Of a stretch of DNA of 64,000 nt, positions 27,807-40,121 are shown piece by piece. Origin of the DNA: Paraphysomonas bandaiensis (Eukaryota > Protista > Chrysophyceae); contig CBFFRP010000377.1 of assembly GCA_965644295.1 (NCBI GenBank), positions 62,001 to 126,000 on the forward strand, in the 5' to 3' direction. The translations under genes and the position numbers were made by a program. Position 1 is the first letter of the stretch; every line of letters starts with the position of its first letter. The notes beneath the pieces are model-generated. The model was not told the origin of the DNA. It saw nothing but the letters and a program-made list of their open reading frames with translations, and ran no database searches.

Positions 27807-30365
27807 TTATTTTCTAATCTCACAGGCATGATATCTACATAACGTTAATCCGTCTCTAAGTGGAATCAACACAGGACTTAGATGCGGGTGGGTAGCACAG
27901 AATGTGTTGAACTCATCCATCGCCTTTCCCAATCGACGCATTCGAAATGACTTCGGAGAAGAGTCGGCTGACGCGCTGCAACTCTTTCCCTGTGCTTCGG
28001 CCAAAACTAGTCCTTTAAATAGCGTGTTGTCAATGACTACCAAAGCCCCATCCGCTAGCATCTTTCTTCCCCCATTCTCTCCCATTAGTAGCTGTAAATA
28101 CTCCTGACAAGACCGCTTATCAGCGTCTATGAAAGCCATGTTGAAAACTCTATCACTGGAGCCTTGAATTTCTCCTAAAACATCTTTACCTCTACCTATC
28201 ACCAGGTCAATCTGGTCGTCAGATTAGTGAAAACTTTCAACATCGCTGTTGCTAGAGAGACGCACCTGCTTAGAAGTTGAGTTTTTCCAGAAATACCTCT
28301 GAGCGACCTCCGCTGCCCTACTGTCGGACTCAACAGTTAAAAGTGACCCCCCTGGGCGAAGGCCCTCCGATAGACATAACGCGGAATACCCAGTAAACGT
28401 TCCAATCTCCAGCACACTCTCTGGACTAATCATATGTGAAAGGGTTGCTAGCAGACGGCCCTGTAGATGCCCCGATAGCATGCCAGCAGCTTCTGGGAAA
28501 ACATTTGCAGTCTCCTCGCGCAAGGACTTCAAGAGTGGAGGTTCAGGAGACGACTTGCTTGCACAGTACTCCTCCATATTTACCGATGAAGTGTGAGACG
28601 GAGTTGCGAGAACAGAGAATGCTCTGCGCTGGTGTTGTTTCTGTTGCTGCCTGCGCCTTTGCTTCCGCTTGGCTCTACACAAATATTGCATGATATCACT
28701 ACGTTTTCTAACATTCCTCGCACACTTACACTTCACTACGATCATTAGCCAGATAAGGATCATTGGCTGACCGCACCGCTTCCCCATATTCCAGCCTGCA
28801 TGCCTACATATTCCGCGTAGTTAAAGGTATTGGTCAAACTAAGTAGCACTAACCTCACAACAACACCCAGAGTAAGAGAAAGCACAGTTCGGACACTGAA
28901 GGAACCTCACCTAACAATGAGGATAGAGCAGTTAGCAAAAAAGACAATCCCTCGAGATGTACGCACCGAGCACGAATTGTTGCGACAGTTGGAGAAAGTG
29001 TCGCACGGTTGACCGCAGGTCTCACAAGAAGATAAAACGTCCTCCGTTATTTTCTCACCCATTCTGTCGTCGAAAACATAGTTCGTCCCTTTGAAAGCAG
29101 ATTCTTTCGAGGAGTCCCTCTCCCTGGCATAAGATATTATTCCCCCGCGTAGTCGGCTCGTGTTGGTGAAGCCCAGCTCCTGCTCCAAGAAGGCATTGAT
29201 CTTCACACAACGAATTCCCCCGGTGCAATATGTCATAATTGGTGTGTCCTTATCCCGTCCGTGCAGTGCCTCGCGCAATGTCCTCCAACTGTCCTGAAAT
29301 CTGACAGTGTTTAGCGGGGTGGCCCCCTTAAACACACCTATATCTGATTCATAACCGTTCCTACAGTCAAATACAAGGGCATCAGGTCGTGCTATAGCCT
29401 CCTCCCACTCTTGGGGCCCCAGCTCGCGCCCTGCAGCTGACCACTCCAGGGGTGCAGACAGGCCGTCTGCAACAATCTGCTCTCGGCGACGAACATGCAA
29501 GGCTCGAAAAGGCTGGTCACGGTAGAAGTCCGGCGTAGGAATTTCACGATCTACATTCAATGACACGCCTTGAAGCAATGGTACGCATTCACAGGCACGG
29601 CTGAATGGTTCCAGTACATTGCTTGGAACAGCCATCTGCGCGTTGATACCTTCCTCGGCCACATACACCCTGCCGAGGGCTTTAAAGGGTGCCCACAAAC
29701 ATTGCAAAAGTGGCACCATATCGTCGGGCCGGTCTACCTGACGAAAAACATAGAAAGAAAGCATCGTGAATGCGGGGCTATCTAAAGGGTTCTGCATGCC
29801 CTCAAGTATGGGGCCCAATTCAGCGACAGGTGATTCCCTGGTATACATATCAGGTTGACCCTCTACAAATAGCTGCATGCAAGAAGAACTGGAATTTGAT
29901 TGCATTAATTTCTCAACAAGGTCATTATCTCCATCAAATGTTCGTGGCATAGTCATCTGGACAAGTCGAATTAAGTACGATACAGACAATATTCATCACT
30001 TACTTCATCAGGGATAATATATCTTAAAGAATACGGAATGTGCTTACAACCCGGAAAACGGCGCTCTATTTCACTCCTCAATTGTTGTACTGTAAAATTA
30101 TTCCGAGAGAAGAGAATTCTTAGTTTCGCCTTCTTATTTGGATTGTACGGCTTCAAGTACACTCTCAGACTCTTGTCTATCAACACATTGACATTGACAC
30201 CAATTAGATCACTAGAATCAGTAGAGAATGATTGGGTTTGTTCTCTTCGTGTCGTCTTTAGATATCCCGCTCCCTGAACAACCACACGTCACTGCGCTCT
30301 AACCATACCACACATAACTCCACCTGCTGTTTGACCAAGCGTCTAATGAAGGACAATCTGACCAT
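27807..30365 (-). CDS. TrhO/UPF0176 rhodanese-domain tRNA U34 hydroxylase fused to a family-3 (CCoAOMT/TrmR-like) O-methyltransferase
   Basis: GRVYVAEEGINAQ, DCRNGYESDIGVF, YCTGGIRCVK, LRGGI, FVFDDR-like YVFDDR, Cys-rich tail; then LEIGTFTGYSALCL, FIDADK, DNTLFKG, PLRDGLTL. Six GT-AG introns keep one frame. Confidence 0.82.
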
Positions 30366-30841
30366 CTGTGAACAGAACACTTCTACCTATGCTACTTCTA
30401 TTGCTCTTGTTGAGGCTAAGCGTGAAGATGGCTGACATGGACTGACAAACTACGCACTGTGCTGTGCTGTATATGGTGCTACCACTGGACTACACTCACA
30501 AAGACTCGACCTGACATCCCCACCATCCATTAGAAATTAAAGAGATGTGATTGGCTGCATAGGTACTGGTGATGGTGGCTGACAGATACAGTGCTATACG
30601 GCGGTATAACACACACAGCGAAGATGGGATCCACAATCATGTTTGGTGTTGGATTGGAGCGGAAGAATGATCCGATGAGTTACCTCCTGCACACCCGCAC
30701 TTCGAAGTTATCTGAAAGTGAAAGTGAGATAAGTGAATGTGTGATGAGGGGCGGTGGGGTGCGCTTATATATCAACTCATAACATCATATAGATGGCCAC
30801 ACATAACACTTATGCATGTACTGAGGATCTAGGACGACAGC

Positions 30842-33800
30842 ATGCTGCAATCTGTGTCCCTTCATTACTTCAAAAACTTCGGTGATAGAGCTAACAGTAG
30901 TGTACAGGTGGGCTCTGAGGGTCTCACAGTCATAGCCGGTAGAAATGGTTCAGGTACCCTCTCTCCCCTCTGTCTCTTCCTCTGATGCGGCGTAGGGAAG
31001 AGCGCTCTGCTCGAGGCCGTCCAGTGGTGTTTGTTTGCGAGAAGGGCTCATGACTTAAGGGCAAGGAGCGGCGCGCAGATGGTTAATGTCGACTCTCCTG
31101 ATGGAGCGATGGCTGTCACTGTAGTGCTGCGCGATGCTTTATCTGGGTATGCACGATGTCAAGATTAGTTCTGTCTTTCTGACAACGTTTTCATTAAGTG
31201 CCACGATGAATTTAACTAAAAAATATGACGGTCAAAAATTCACCATGCACATGGAGACAAGAGGTGCGCCAGCAGAATGGGGTCCTTCTACTTCGGTACT
31301 CTGAAGAATCGGTGTGAATTTTATAATCGTTCTTCTATAGAAATCACTGAAACATGTGAACGACATCCTAGAAAACAAATTTCGGCTGCCGGTGACTAGG
31401 TTACAGGGGTTAATGGTTGAGCAGAATTCTGTTGCTATTGTTTGTGAGTCCCCATTGGATGTCCTAAAATTTTTCGAGAAAGTTGCCAAAACAGATATAC
31501 TTGCCAATGAAGTTGCATCTAATCGCGAAAGGCTTAGACATCTTGTATCAAAGATGGATGAATTGGAAACAGAAAGAAAAAGGCTGAGATCAAAGCGAGC
31601 GCAAGCTGTGCCAGGCCTCATGCGATGCAAATCCCTTTGCGCGGAGCAGAAAGCTGTGTCTGTGGCACGGCTGAAGCTATGTGAGAATCACATAAACTTG
31701 CTAACATCGTCTTGCACCGTGGCAGAAACGCAGATCAGAGATGCCCAAATAAAATGTAAGAAAATTGAGCACGATCTAAGAGAGGCGGAAAGGAGAGTTT
31801 CTTCTGGCCGAATGGAAGAGAGAGTGGCTAGAATCGAAGCGGAAAAAGCTGCAGGGAAATACAATGAGCTGATGAAATCAATTGTTAGTTTGGAGGGTCT
31901 CGAGAGGGCAGCAATGAAGAGATCTGAGGAAGCTAGACGCAAAATAGAAGAAGCTGAGAAAAGGGAAAAATATAGGGCTACAGCGGTGAGTTGTGGGTAT
32001 GTGTATTATGGTTTTTATGTACTTCTCAAAAGGCAGAGAAATATGCTCGAAGGGTGGCTGAAAGAAATCGGAAAATAGATGACCTTCATCGAAGAATTGC
32101 TATCGAATCTGCGCGACTTGAATCAAGTCTGTCGGTGGCATGTTGCGATGACATGCAAAACCAAAAAGCTGTCGCAATGGCTGTGAAGACACTATGCTCT
32201 TGTCGTGCGGACCTAGCCGATATTGAAGCTGAGGCCAAGACAGCGCGAAGTTCTATGGTGCGTAAGGAGAAATCGATGGAACAGTTGAATGAAAAAATAT
32301 CGATTGCTATCCGTGAGGTGAAATCTCGGGAGCACGATGTATTTGAACAGACTAAAACTCTGGATGCAGCTCGGTTGGAGATTGAACAGTTACACGAAGA
32401 ACTTAGGGTTGCCGTCAGAGAAGAGCATGAGGTACAGAGTCGTTTGGGTGATATACAGGAGCGTAAGCAGTGGGGAAGGGGAGAAGCAGCCGCATATAAG
32501 GAATACTTGCATCTACGTAATCTGATAGAAGATCTGCGGTTAGTGGAGGAAGGTGTGCTTGGTATGCTGTTGGATTGTATACGACCGGAGAAAGATGCCG
32601 TCATCCCGTTGCTATCTGTTTTAGGATCGAAGGCACTGAAGTGTGTGGTAGTAGCAACCAGGGATCCTGCTGCGCTTGCAGTGGCCCGACTATGTAGAAA
32701 GAAAGGAATATTTGGAGTGCGCATAGATATAGCAGCTGAGACTGAGAAGCATACAATAATGTCTGTGCCAGAGTGTTCGTTGACTCCGCTTGTCAACCGT
32801 GTGCGGTGTTCCTCGGAACATATTAGTTCCATAATGCAACATATATTACGAGGCTGGTGGTTATACTCAGGGCAAGATGGTAACGGTAACGGCGGGGGAA
32901 GAGCGTTAGACCGGGCAATGGCAAGAATTAAGGGAAAGTGTGGAGGCATTGTCACGCTCTCTGGGCGGCGTTTGTTTCATGACGGCGAGATCCAGTCAGG
33001 GGGAGGGAGACCATGTCGCCCTGGCTCAGCATTATATCAGGCTTTGTCTGGCACGGAATTGTATCCAGGTGGACCCAACAGAAAGGGAGATACTAGCGAG
33101 AAGGAAGAGTCTTTGGCTGAATTACTTGCCAGAAAGCATGAGCGGACAGAGCATTTGAGGCTAAGACTGAATGAAAATGAGGAGAAGGTAAGGACGCTGG
33201 CCAAAGACTTGACTGCCGCGGAAACATTACTACGTACCACGAGAAGAGAAGTTGATAGGCTGAATCAACAGGCTGAAATTCAATCCAAGGATATCAACGA
33301 AAGAGACCAACATTCACTCGCATCTCTGGAGGAAAGGATTGAAGACAATAGGATTAAGGAATTCAAGGCAAGGGAAATGGTTCGAGAATTACTGGGGAAA
33401 GTGGACCAAGATGTGGTGGAGGCACATGAAAGAGTGATGGGCCTGGAACTTCAACTTATGGACATTTGCTCTTCTGCTACGTAAGCTGAGCTCAGCCTCG
33501 TTGTATACCCGCGATAGATTACAGTTATACGCAGTGTTGCTGAGTGGGAGGCAGTGGAAGCACAGCCTAGAAGCAGTGGCAATGTCATGCGGACTTCTTG
33601 GGTTCGTGATAAGTGCGAGGCAGATGAGGAAGCAGCGAAGCATAGATTGGCTCGAGATGAGCTCGCCGCTGAAGTATCTGTACTCAACGATGGGAAACGT
33701 TGTCTGTCTGACTGCAGAAAACGGGTATCTCAGGTATGATTGTAGTAATTTGTAAGTGGTCTAACGGGAATTTCAAGGATGTCCTTTTACTCAAACGGTT

Positions 33801-34820
33801 GCATAACTCTGCTCGTCTAACCAGAAATCAAGAACAGGAAGCTAAGTTAGAACTGTCACGGCTGAAAGAGGAGCGGTCGCGATTGGGTAATTCACTATCC
33901 CTAGGTGCCACGTGTACTAACAATTGTAGCCGCTACGCAGACGGAATTGGAAGCGAGGCTAAAAATGGAAGATAGTCTGGTCGAAGATATTTGTGAACTA
34001 CTCTGCAGATGCTCTGATAAAATCAACGAGAAGTGCGAAATTGGTGAGCCACTGGACTATGGAAAGGAGGGAACGTTAAGTGAAGATGCATTGCTTGCTT
34101 TGGACAGGTACGCATGTCACTCCTTTGTTTCGCATGTTATACTTCTATAGTGATGTATCTGCTCGTCTGGTTGCTTCCGATATCACGGGCACTAAAATGG
34201 CGGCAGAAAAGACGATTGAGGACGAGGAAGCGACAGTGTGTGCTCTAGAAGATATTCGCAAAGTCGTCAACGAGACCCATCGACTGATCGGTGCCACGGA
34301 GGATCGAAGGTTTGTGTTGCTCTCAGCGGCTCTACGAGAGGCAGACAGGCATATCTCATGTACATTCCTTGAGATGACTCAGAACCAAGGGGATTGCTTC
34401 CTCAGTTACGCTACGGACCCAGTGTCGATGTTTTCGGAGGGTGTCGTTATATTTGCCAGGTTTGGTGATAGCAAGGAGTATCGAGAAGCTCGTCAGCTTT
34501 CCGGAGGACAGCAGGCGGCTTGCGGACTTGCTGTGAGTGCTATTTGCGCCAGTATACTAATTAAATTGACGTGGTTCTAGTTGTTACTAGCACTGCAATT
34601 GAGCTTTCCGTCACCGCTGTATATAATGGATGAGGTAGATTCTTCGTTAGACACACGCACTGCGAAGAGGGTGGGGCAGCTTATGCAGAAGAGAGGCAAG
34701 GAGATTGGTGCACAATTCTTGTTGATATCGCATAGACCAGAGATGCAAGAAGCAGCAACAAGGGTCATTGGCCTCTATAGATATAATGGCTATCCGACCA
34801 CCCTATCAATTAAGGTGTAA
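30842..34820 (+). CDS. Divergent SMC-family ATPase (~1180 aa)
   Basis: FKNF, Walker A GRNGSGKS, coiled coils, hinge-like GVLGMLLDCI...CVVV, LSGGQ signature, Walker B PLYIMDEVDSSLD, AQFLLISH; ~9 introns. Confidence 0.85.
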
Positions 34821-35667
34821 GAAGTGTGTCGTACTTGCTTTACATACGCACTTTCATTGGATTTGGATAGTTGATGATTTACGCTTTGTTGGAGCTTTAT
34901 AGTTCGCTAAAATTTTGGCTTGTTTCATGAAAATGTTAGGTACTTAATTATCAATAATTTTGTGTTTGAGAGACACAAGTCTACCTCTGAATCCCCTATA
35001 GGGCTATAAGGTATATAGCGCCCTACAGTACTAGGGAATAATATATTGTAAAATAAAACGATCCCGCATCACGCACAAATTTAGTATGAGTTCATCTGCA
35101 AATGATGTTGTTTCTGAAAGCTGATCGACACTTGTGTCCTGGAGCATGCATATTTCAATTATTTTAAATAAATATGTGATGATGACGTTTCGAATGATGG
35201 CTCAGAGGATGGGGTTAATTGCAACTAATTATTATGCAGCCCTAGTTGGCAGTCTTTGCTTCTTGCCACTTGCCAGTATAGTGGATTTGGCTATCATGCC
35301 ATTTTGAAGACTCGAAATAAAATTAATATATTACAATAGTATCGCTGAGCCAGTTAAAAGCTCCATCAATATTAGTAATGGAACACTATTTAACAATAGT
35401 TTTGCAATATATTGTTCCCGGGCTCTGGCGGCCTGCATGTGTGTGTACGTGTGTACATGTCAAGATATCCCCTTTTGCGGAAGTAAAATTCTACTTAAAA
35501 AATTACACGATATCAGTTATCAGTCATCAAATGAATATGATAACACGACCCAGATATGGTCATATGCATTTCACAGACGCACTTAACATATCTCACACCT
35601 CACACTGTATGATCTAAAATATCATTTGTCGACTTGTACAGTACAGCTACTATGTATAAGCTAATTG

Positions 35668-36557
35668 TTAGCAAGACTCAATTCTACTGAGACCCCACTG
35701 AAGAGCTAGCGAGCTTGTGATTGGTATAGTGAGATTGTCATTTATACCAAATGGTTCATACAACTCCACAATTGTAGCAACTGCAGCTCCGAGAAAAACA
35801 GCATATTCTCGAAGATAGACTTCGCTGAAAGCCACAAGACCAACCGATGCACACGTCACGAACATAGCTATGCTACCTTCAAGTGATTTCTTTCCCTCCC
35901 GGCCCATTTTGACAGTACATACATCACCGCCAAAACTAACACCAATTAATGCGGCAGACATGTCGCCCAGAACTAGCCACACAATAGACGTAATTGCAAC
36001 GGCTGCAGGGAAGAAAGTAATGGCAAGAGTGCAACCTAAACTAAAGTAGCACGTGCCACTCAATTGATTTCTCTCCTTATCACGAATTATACTTTGAAGG
36101 GCGCTGTAAGGAAAGTAGACCCGCACAGCCGGTATTTGCACACGGATAATGTCTGCTACCCATATTAGTACAGTGCACATCCAGCAGAACTTGGAGAAGT
36201 CGGTCTGACTCCAGTGGTAATGCTCCATAAGAAATTGGTAAGTAAACGGCACTGCTAAACCTGCTCGATACGTCGTTAATAGGGGGGATTATGTACAATA
36301 CTCTCACCTGCCAGGTGAAACATTTTCCTCTCGATTTCCATAGCTGTGCGAGAGATTTTGTTCAATCGAACTCCAAAATCCTGAATAAGTAAACGAATAT
36401 TTCTCGTGCTTAATGTTTTGAGGTACCAAACAACCATAACTCCAACTCCTGCCAGACACGCCATTATTATTCCTAGATGCTGAGATGAGGGCTGCCGGCC
36501 GTGATCTCCCGTAATGCCGGTCCACAACATGTCGATATCACTCTCAACTGTTCTCAT
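35668..36557 (-). CDS. CTP-dependent diacylglycerol/phytol kinase family (Dgk1-like) membrane protein
   Basis: RKMFHL, LVLGDMSAALIG, KKSLEGS, NDNLTIP motifs; one intron. Confidence 0.85.
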
Positions 36558-37136
36558 GTCGTCTTGTTTTACTGACTATAGTCTTGAAGATCGAATGCCA
36601 AAGCAATTGTTAATCTAATGAAAGAATCACAGATAGCCCGACACAGCATAGCATAACATAGCATAGCATAGATATCCGCTGTGAGGATCACTGTGCTGCT
36701 GTATACCTGCCCTATAGAGGTATACACTACACTACACTGCACTGCACAGATGTTCAATTGTGTTCCGAGAAATTCTTGTAGTGTGCCGTATACTTCCAAT
36801 GCATAAACTCTGCATTTCTAGATAACAGGAATGTAAAAGGTCCAATTTTCAGGAGGATATTCTACCACACTACACTGTATATTCTCCTTGACTACGAAGT
36901 ACAAAGTTGTGGACTGGTGGCCGTATATCGTGTAGTGTGTAGGTATACTATCCGGTATGGATGGTATGGTATGGTATGGTATGTCGCAGTGTGTATAGTT
37001 TGAATGAAATGAAGTGGAAGAAGAAAGAAGTGTGACTGCTATTGGCTGACGTAACTCCCCATCATCCATATATATATATGCGTGTGCATGCATCGTAGTG
37101 TATCAGAGACACGCACATACCCTCCAGTGTCCTCGG

Positions 37137-38730
37137 ATGAATAACGCCCTCCCAGCAGAGCATCTGCCCGGCAGGAAGACAGCATACGCCATCTTGTTCC
37201 TACAGGGTCTGGGCAATCTGTTTCCATGGAACTCATTCATAACAGCCGCTCACTACTTTTCTATGAGACTGTGCGGCTCTCCCTTTCAGAACAGCTTCGA
37301 GAACTACCTGTCGGTCACCACTATGCTGTCCCAGTGTCTGGGTCTCTGGGTGTCTGTCAGATATCTGCAGCATCTCCCTCTCAAGTGCTGTGTTCTGGTC
37401 TCTATTCTCATATCGACTCTTGTTATGATTGGCACTAGTGTACTTGTCGTCACAGAGGTGTCACAGATGTTTCTCTTCAACATCACTGTGCTGTCGTGTT
37501 GTCTGATTGGTCTCTGCAGCGCTACTTCAGGTGGTGGGCTCTTTGGACTCAGTGGATGCCTCCCGCCGTCATACACAGGGGCTCTTATGAGCGGTCAAGC
37601 CTTGGGAGGGCTTGTGGTTTCCTTATTTAGTATGCTGACTATCTGGTTGGGTGGAAGGAGCAACAGCTTTTGTAACCTTCCTGTGAATATACACGGCAAG
37701 GACGAATGTCCAATGAGCATTGACTATGGAGCGCTTTCTTTCTTTGTCATTGCGTGTGTTATTCTTTGTCTCTGTCTGCTCTCTTTCGTTGGACTGTTTG
37801 TTCTGCCTTTCACCAAGTATGTCGATTTGATAGTATTGAATTTGAACGTGATGTATTCACAGGTTTCACGAGGGGCGGGTGGAAAAAGACCGGCTTCGGT
37901 GTGATTCTATAGATGATATTCAGCCGAGTGAAGTGGAAGCACACTCAGAGGAGCGGGTAGCCGCTGCTCTGCTGCGTGGATGTTCCCTCGATGACATACA
38001 GGAAGTTTCTGCTGCAAATCCTGTTTTTGATTGCGAGCAAAACGGAGGGACTGAGTTGACCCCGCTAAACTCGAGTAGAAAAGACCATACCGTTTCTTAC
38101 AACGGTGATAACAACAGTAGTAGTGGTACAGTAAAACGTCAATATGAGCGATCGGACACCGTCTCAGTTTCAGCACGAGAGCGGCAACTGCGGATTTTCA
38201 GGAAAATTAGGCCTGCTGCACTGGCTGTGTTTGGCACATTTCTTTGCACACTTTCACTCTTTCCCTCTCTCACTGTCAAGATAACTTCCCAGTATCGTTG
38301 TCAAACAAACTCGACGTTATTCGATAATGATCTATTTGTTCCTTCTTTGTTTGTACTTTTCAATGTGTCCGACTTCATGGGAAGAATGCTAGCAGGTGTC
38401 AGCCGATTAGGGGTCTCCTCGGATAATATATGGGTTCCTGTCGTGCTACGGTTCCTCTTCGTACCACTCTTTTTATTTTGTCGTGTTATGGACTCACAAC
38501 TTCCCCTTATCTTTGAATCGGACGCTTGGCCACTGGTATTCATGGTGCTGTTCGGTCTTTCCAATGGTTTCCTCTCAACTGTCGGAATGATGATAGGACC
38601 CCAGATGGTGTCGCCAAGAAAGGCACCCCTAGCTGGCACAATTATGATGCTTTCTCTGAATTTAGGGCTGTTGTTTGGTGCGGCATGTTCCTTTCCTATA
38701 GTTCAAATTAGTCTAGGAACGCTTTATTAG
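37137..38730 (+). CDS. Equilibrative nucleoside transporter (SLC29/ENT)
   Basis: LQGLGNLFPWNSFITA, YTGALMSGQALGG, FNVSDFMGR, FGLSNGF motifs; intron ~37818-37862. Confidence 0.9.
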
Positions 38731-40121
38731 AACTTTCTGACTGGGTAAATATGTGGTCACTTGTAAGTACTGCTCACCCAGTTTATGTTATATATAGACC
38801 CTTTGTATTGCAGCTTTTATGGCACCACCTCCAGGCCAATATACTGTGGTGTTTTCTTTGTAATTGAAGAATTTTCATGAAAGCGCTGGCAGTGATACTT
38901 TACTGGTACAATATAGCATATATCATATATTACACAACAGGACCTAGTAGTTGTCATCATGCTGGCGGCACGTTTTAATACAAATATGAATTACGGTTGA
39001 TTTTCTAGCTTTCTTCGATATGATATTATCCACGGTAGTATTGTATGAGTGATACTGCAGTACTTGCCCACTAAATCTCGTGCTATTACTTACTTACTTA
39101 CTTACGTACTATGTACTAAACTGGAAGAGGTGTTCAATATTATACAACACATTTGGTGGTCAAGCAAATTTTTTGTGTGTAATATGTAATATATATACGA
39201 ATCTGAATTAATAGCAAAATGACAGAGTTACCGGTTGAGCAATCTTGTAAAGTATTCCCCTCTACCCTCCACCCACTACTGCTACAGAATAGTAGCAGTT
39301 AAGCCTATGATCAGGATCTGTCAAGAGTATAAGGAAATTAGTTGACTTGTTACTTTTGCTAGTCTCTGCGGTTGCAGTGAAACATATGATGGATTTCTTC
39401 TGTGCACTGCCAAATTTGAATCCGTGAATTCAATGTATTGAAGTTTATGCGAATTAGATGATAGTTTTCTGATCACCCATGAACTATTACTGTATGTATT
39501 ATTGGAAATTGCTCATTTTAAGCTAGATCACAGAGAGAATTTGTCGTAAGACTAGATAGATTTATTAATATCGTTTACACGAAGTTGTGATAACCAACAC
39601 TAACTCATTTTAATCCATGCATAATATCCTACATATGCGAACCTCTCGTTACTCGTTACTGAACATATCTTGAAAGATCAAACTATTTCAGTTTCTCAAT
39701 ATCATCACAACATTTGTACATCACTGTATTCTCGTACATATGTCTTCAAGTGACATACTGAATAAACTAGAATAAGTTCCATATTCTAATACGTATGTAT
39801 AAGGTCCACTTTTAGTATATACTACATACTACGAATGCATCAAGCTATTAACTATGGTATGTGTAATTGATTTCATACAGGATAATCTCATTCATTCCTG
39901 CTTGACTCTTGCAACGCCAGAAATATTAATCACCGATATTACATAATATAGCCTCTCAATGCATTTCAGTTTTTCAGATAAATAACTTATTATTATATTG
40001 AAAACTGAAACAGCACACACGCATGGCATGTGATACAACTCACTAGCCGCGCATTTGAGATTAGTTGTCGACGTTGATACCGGAAATCAAAATGTATTGT
40101 TCAGCACCATCGGTAAATTAG

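Noticed and set aside
32086-32955. Long antisense ORF (289 aa) and similar shadow ORFs
   Set aside because: Antisense to well-supported coding exons, with no recognisable motifs.
34990-35040. Hairpin plus CTAG as a Helitron 3' end
   Set aside because: Imperfect hairpin, CTAG not followed by T, no second copy or 5' end found.
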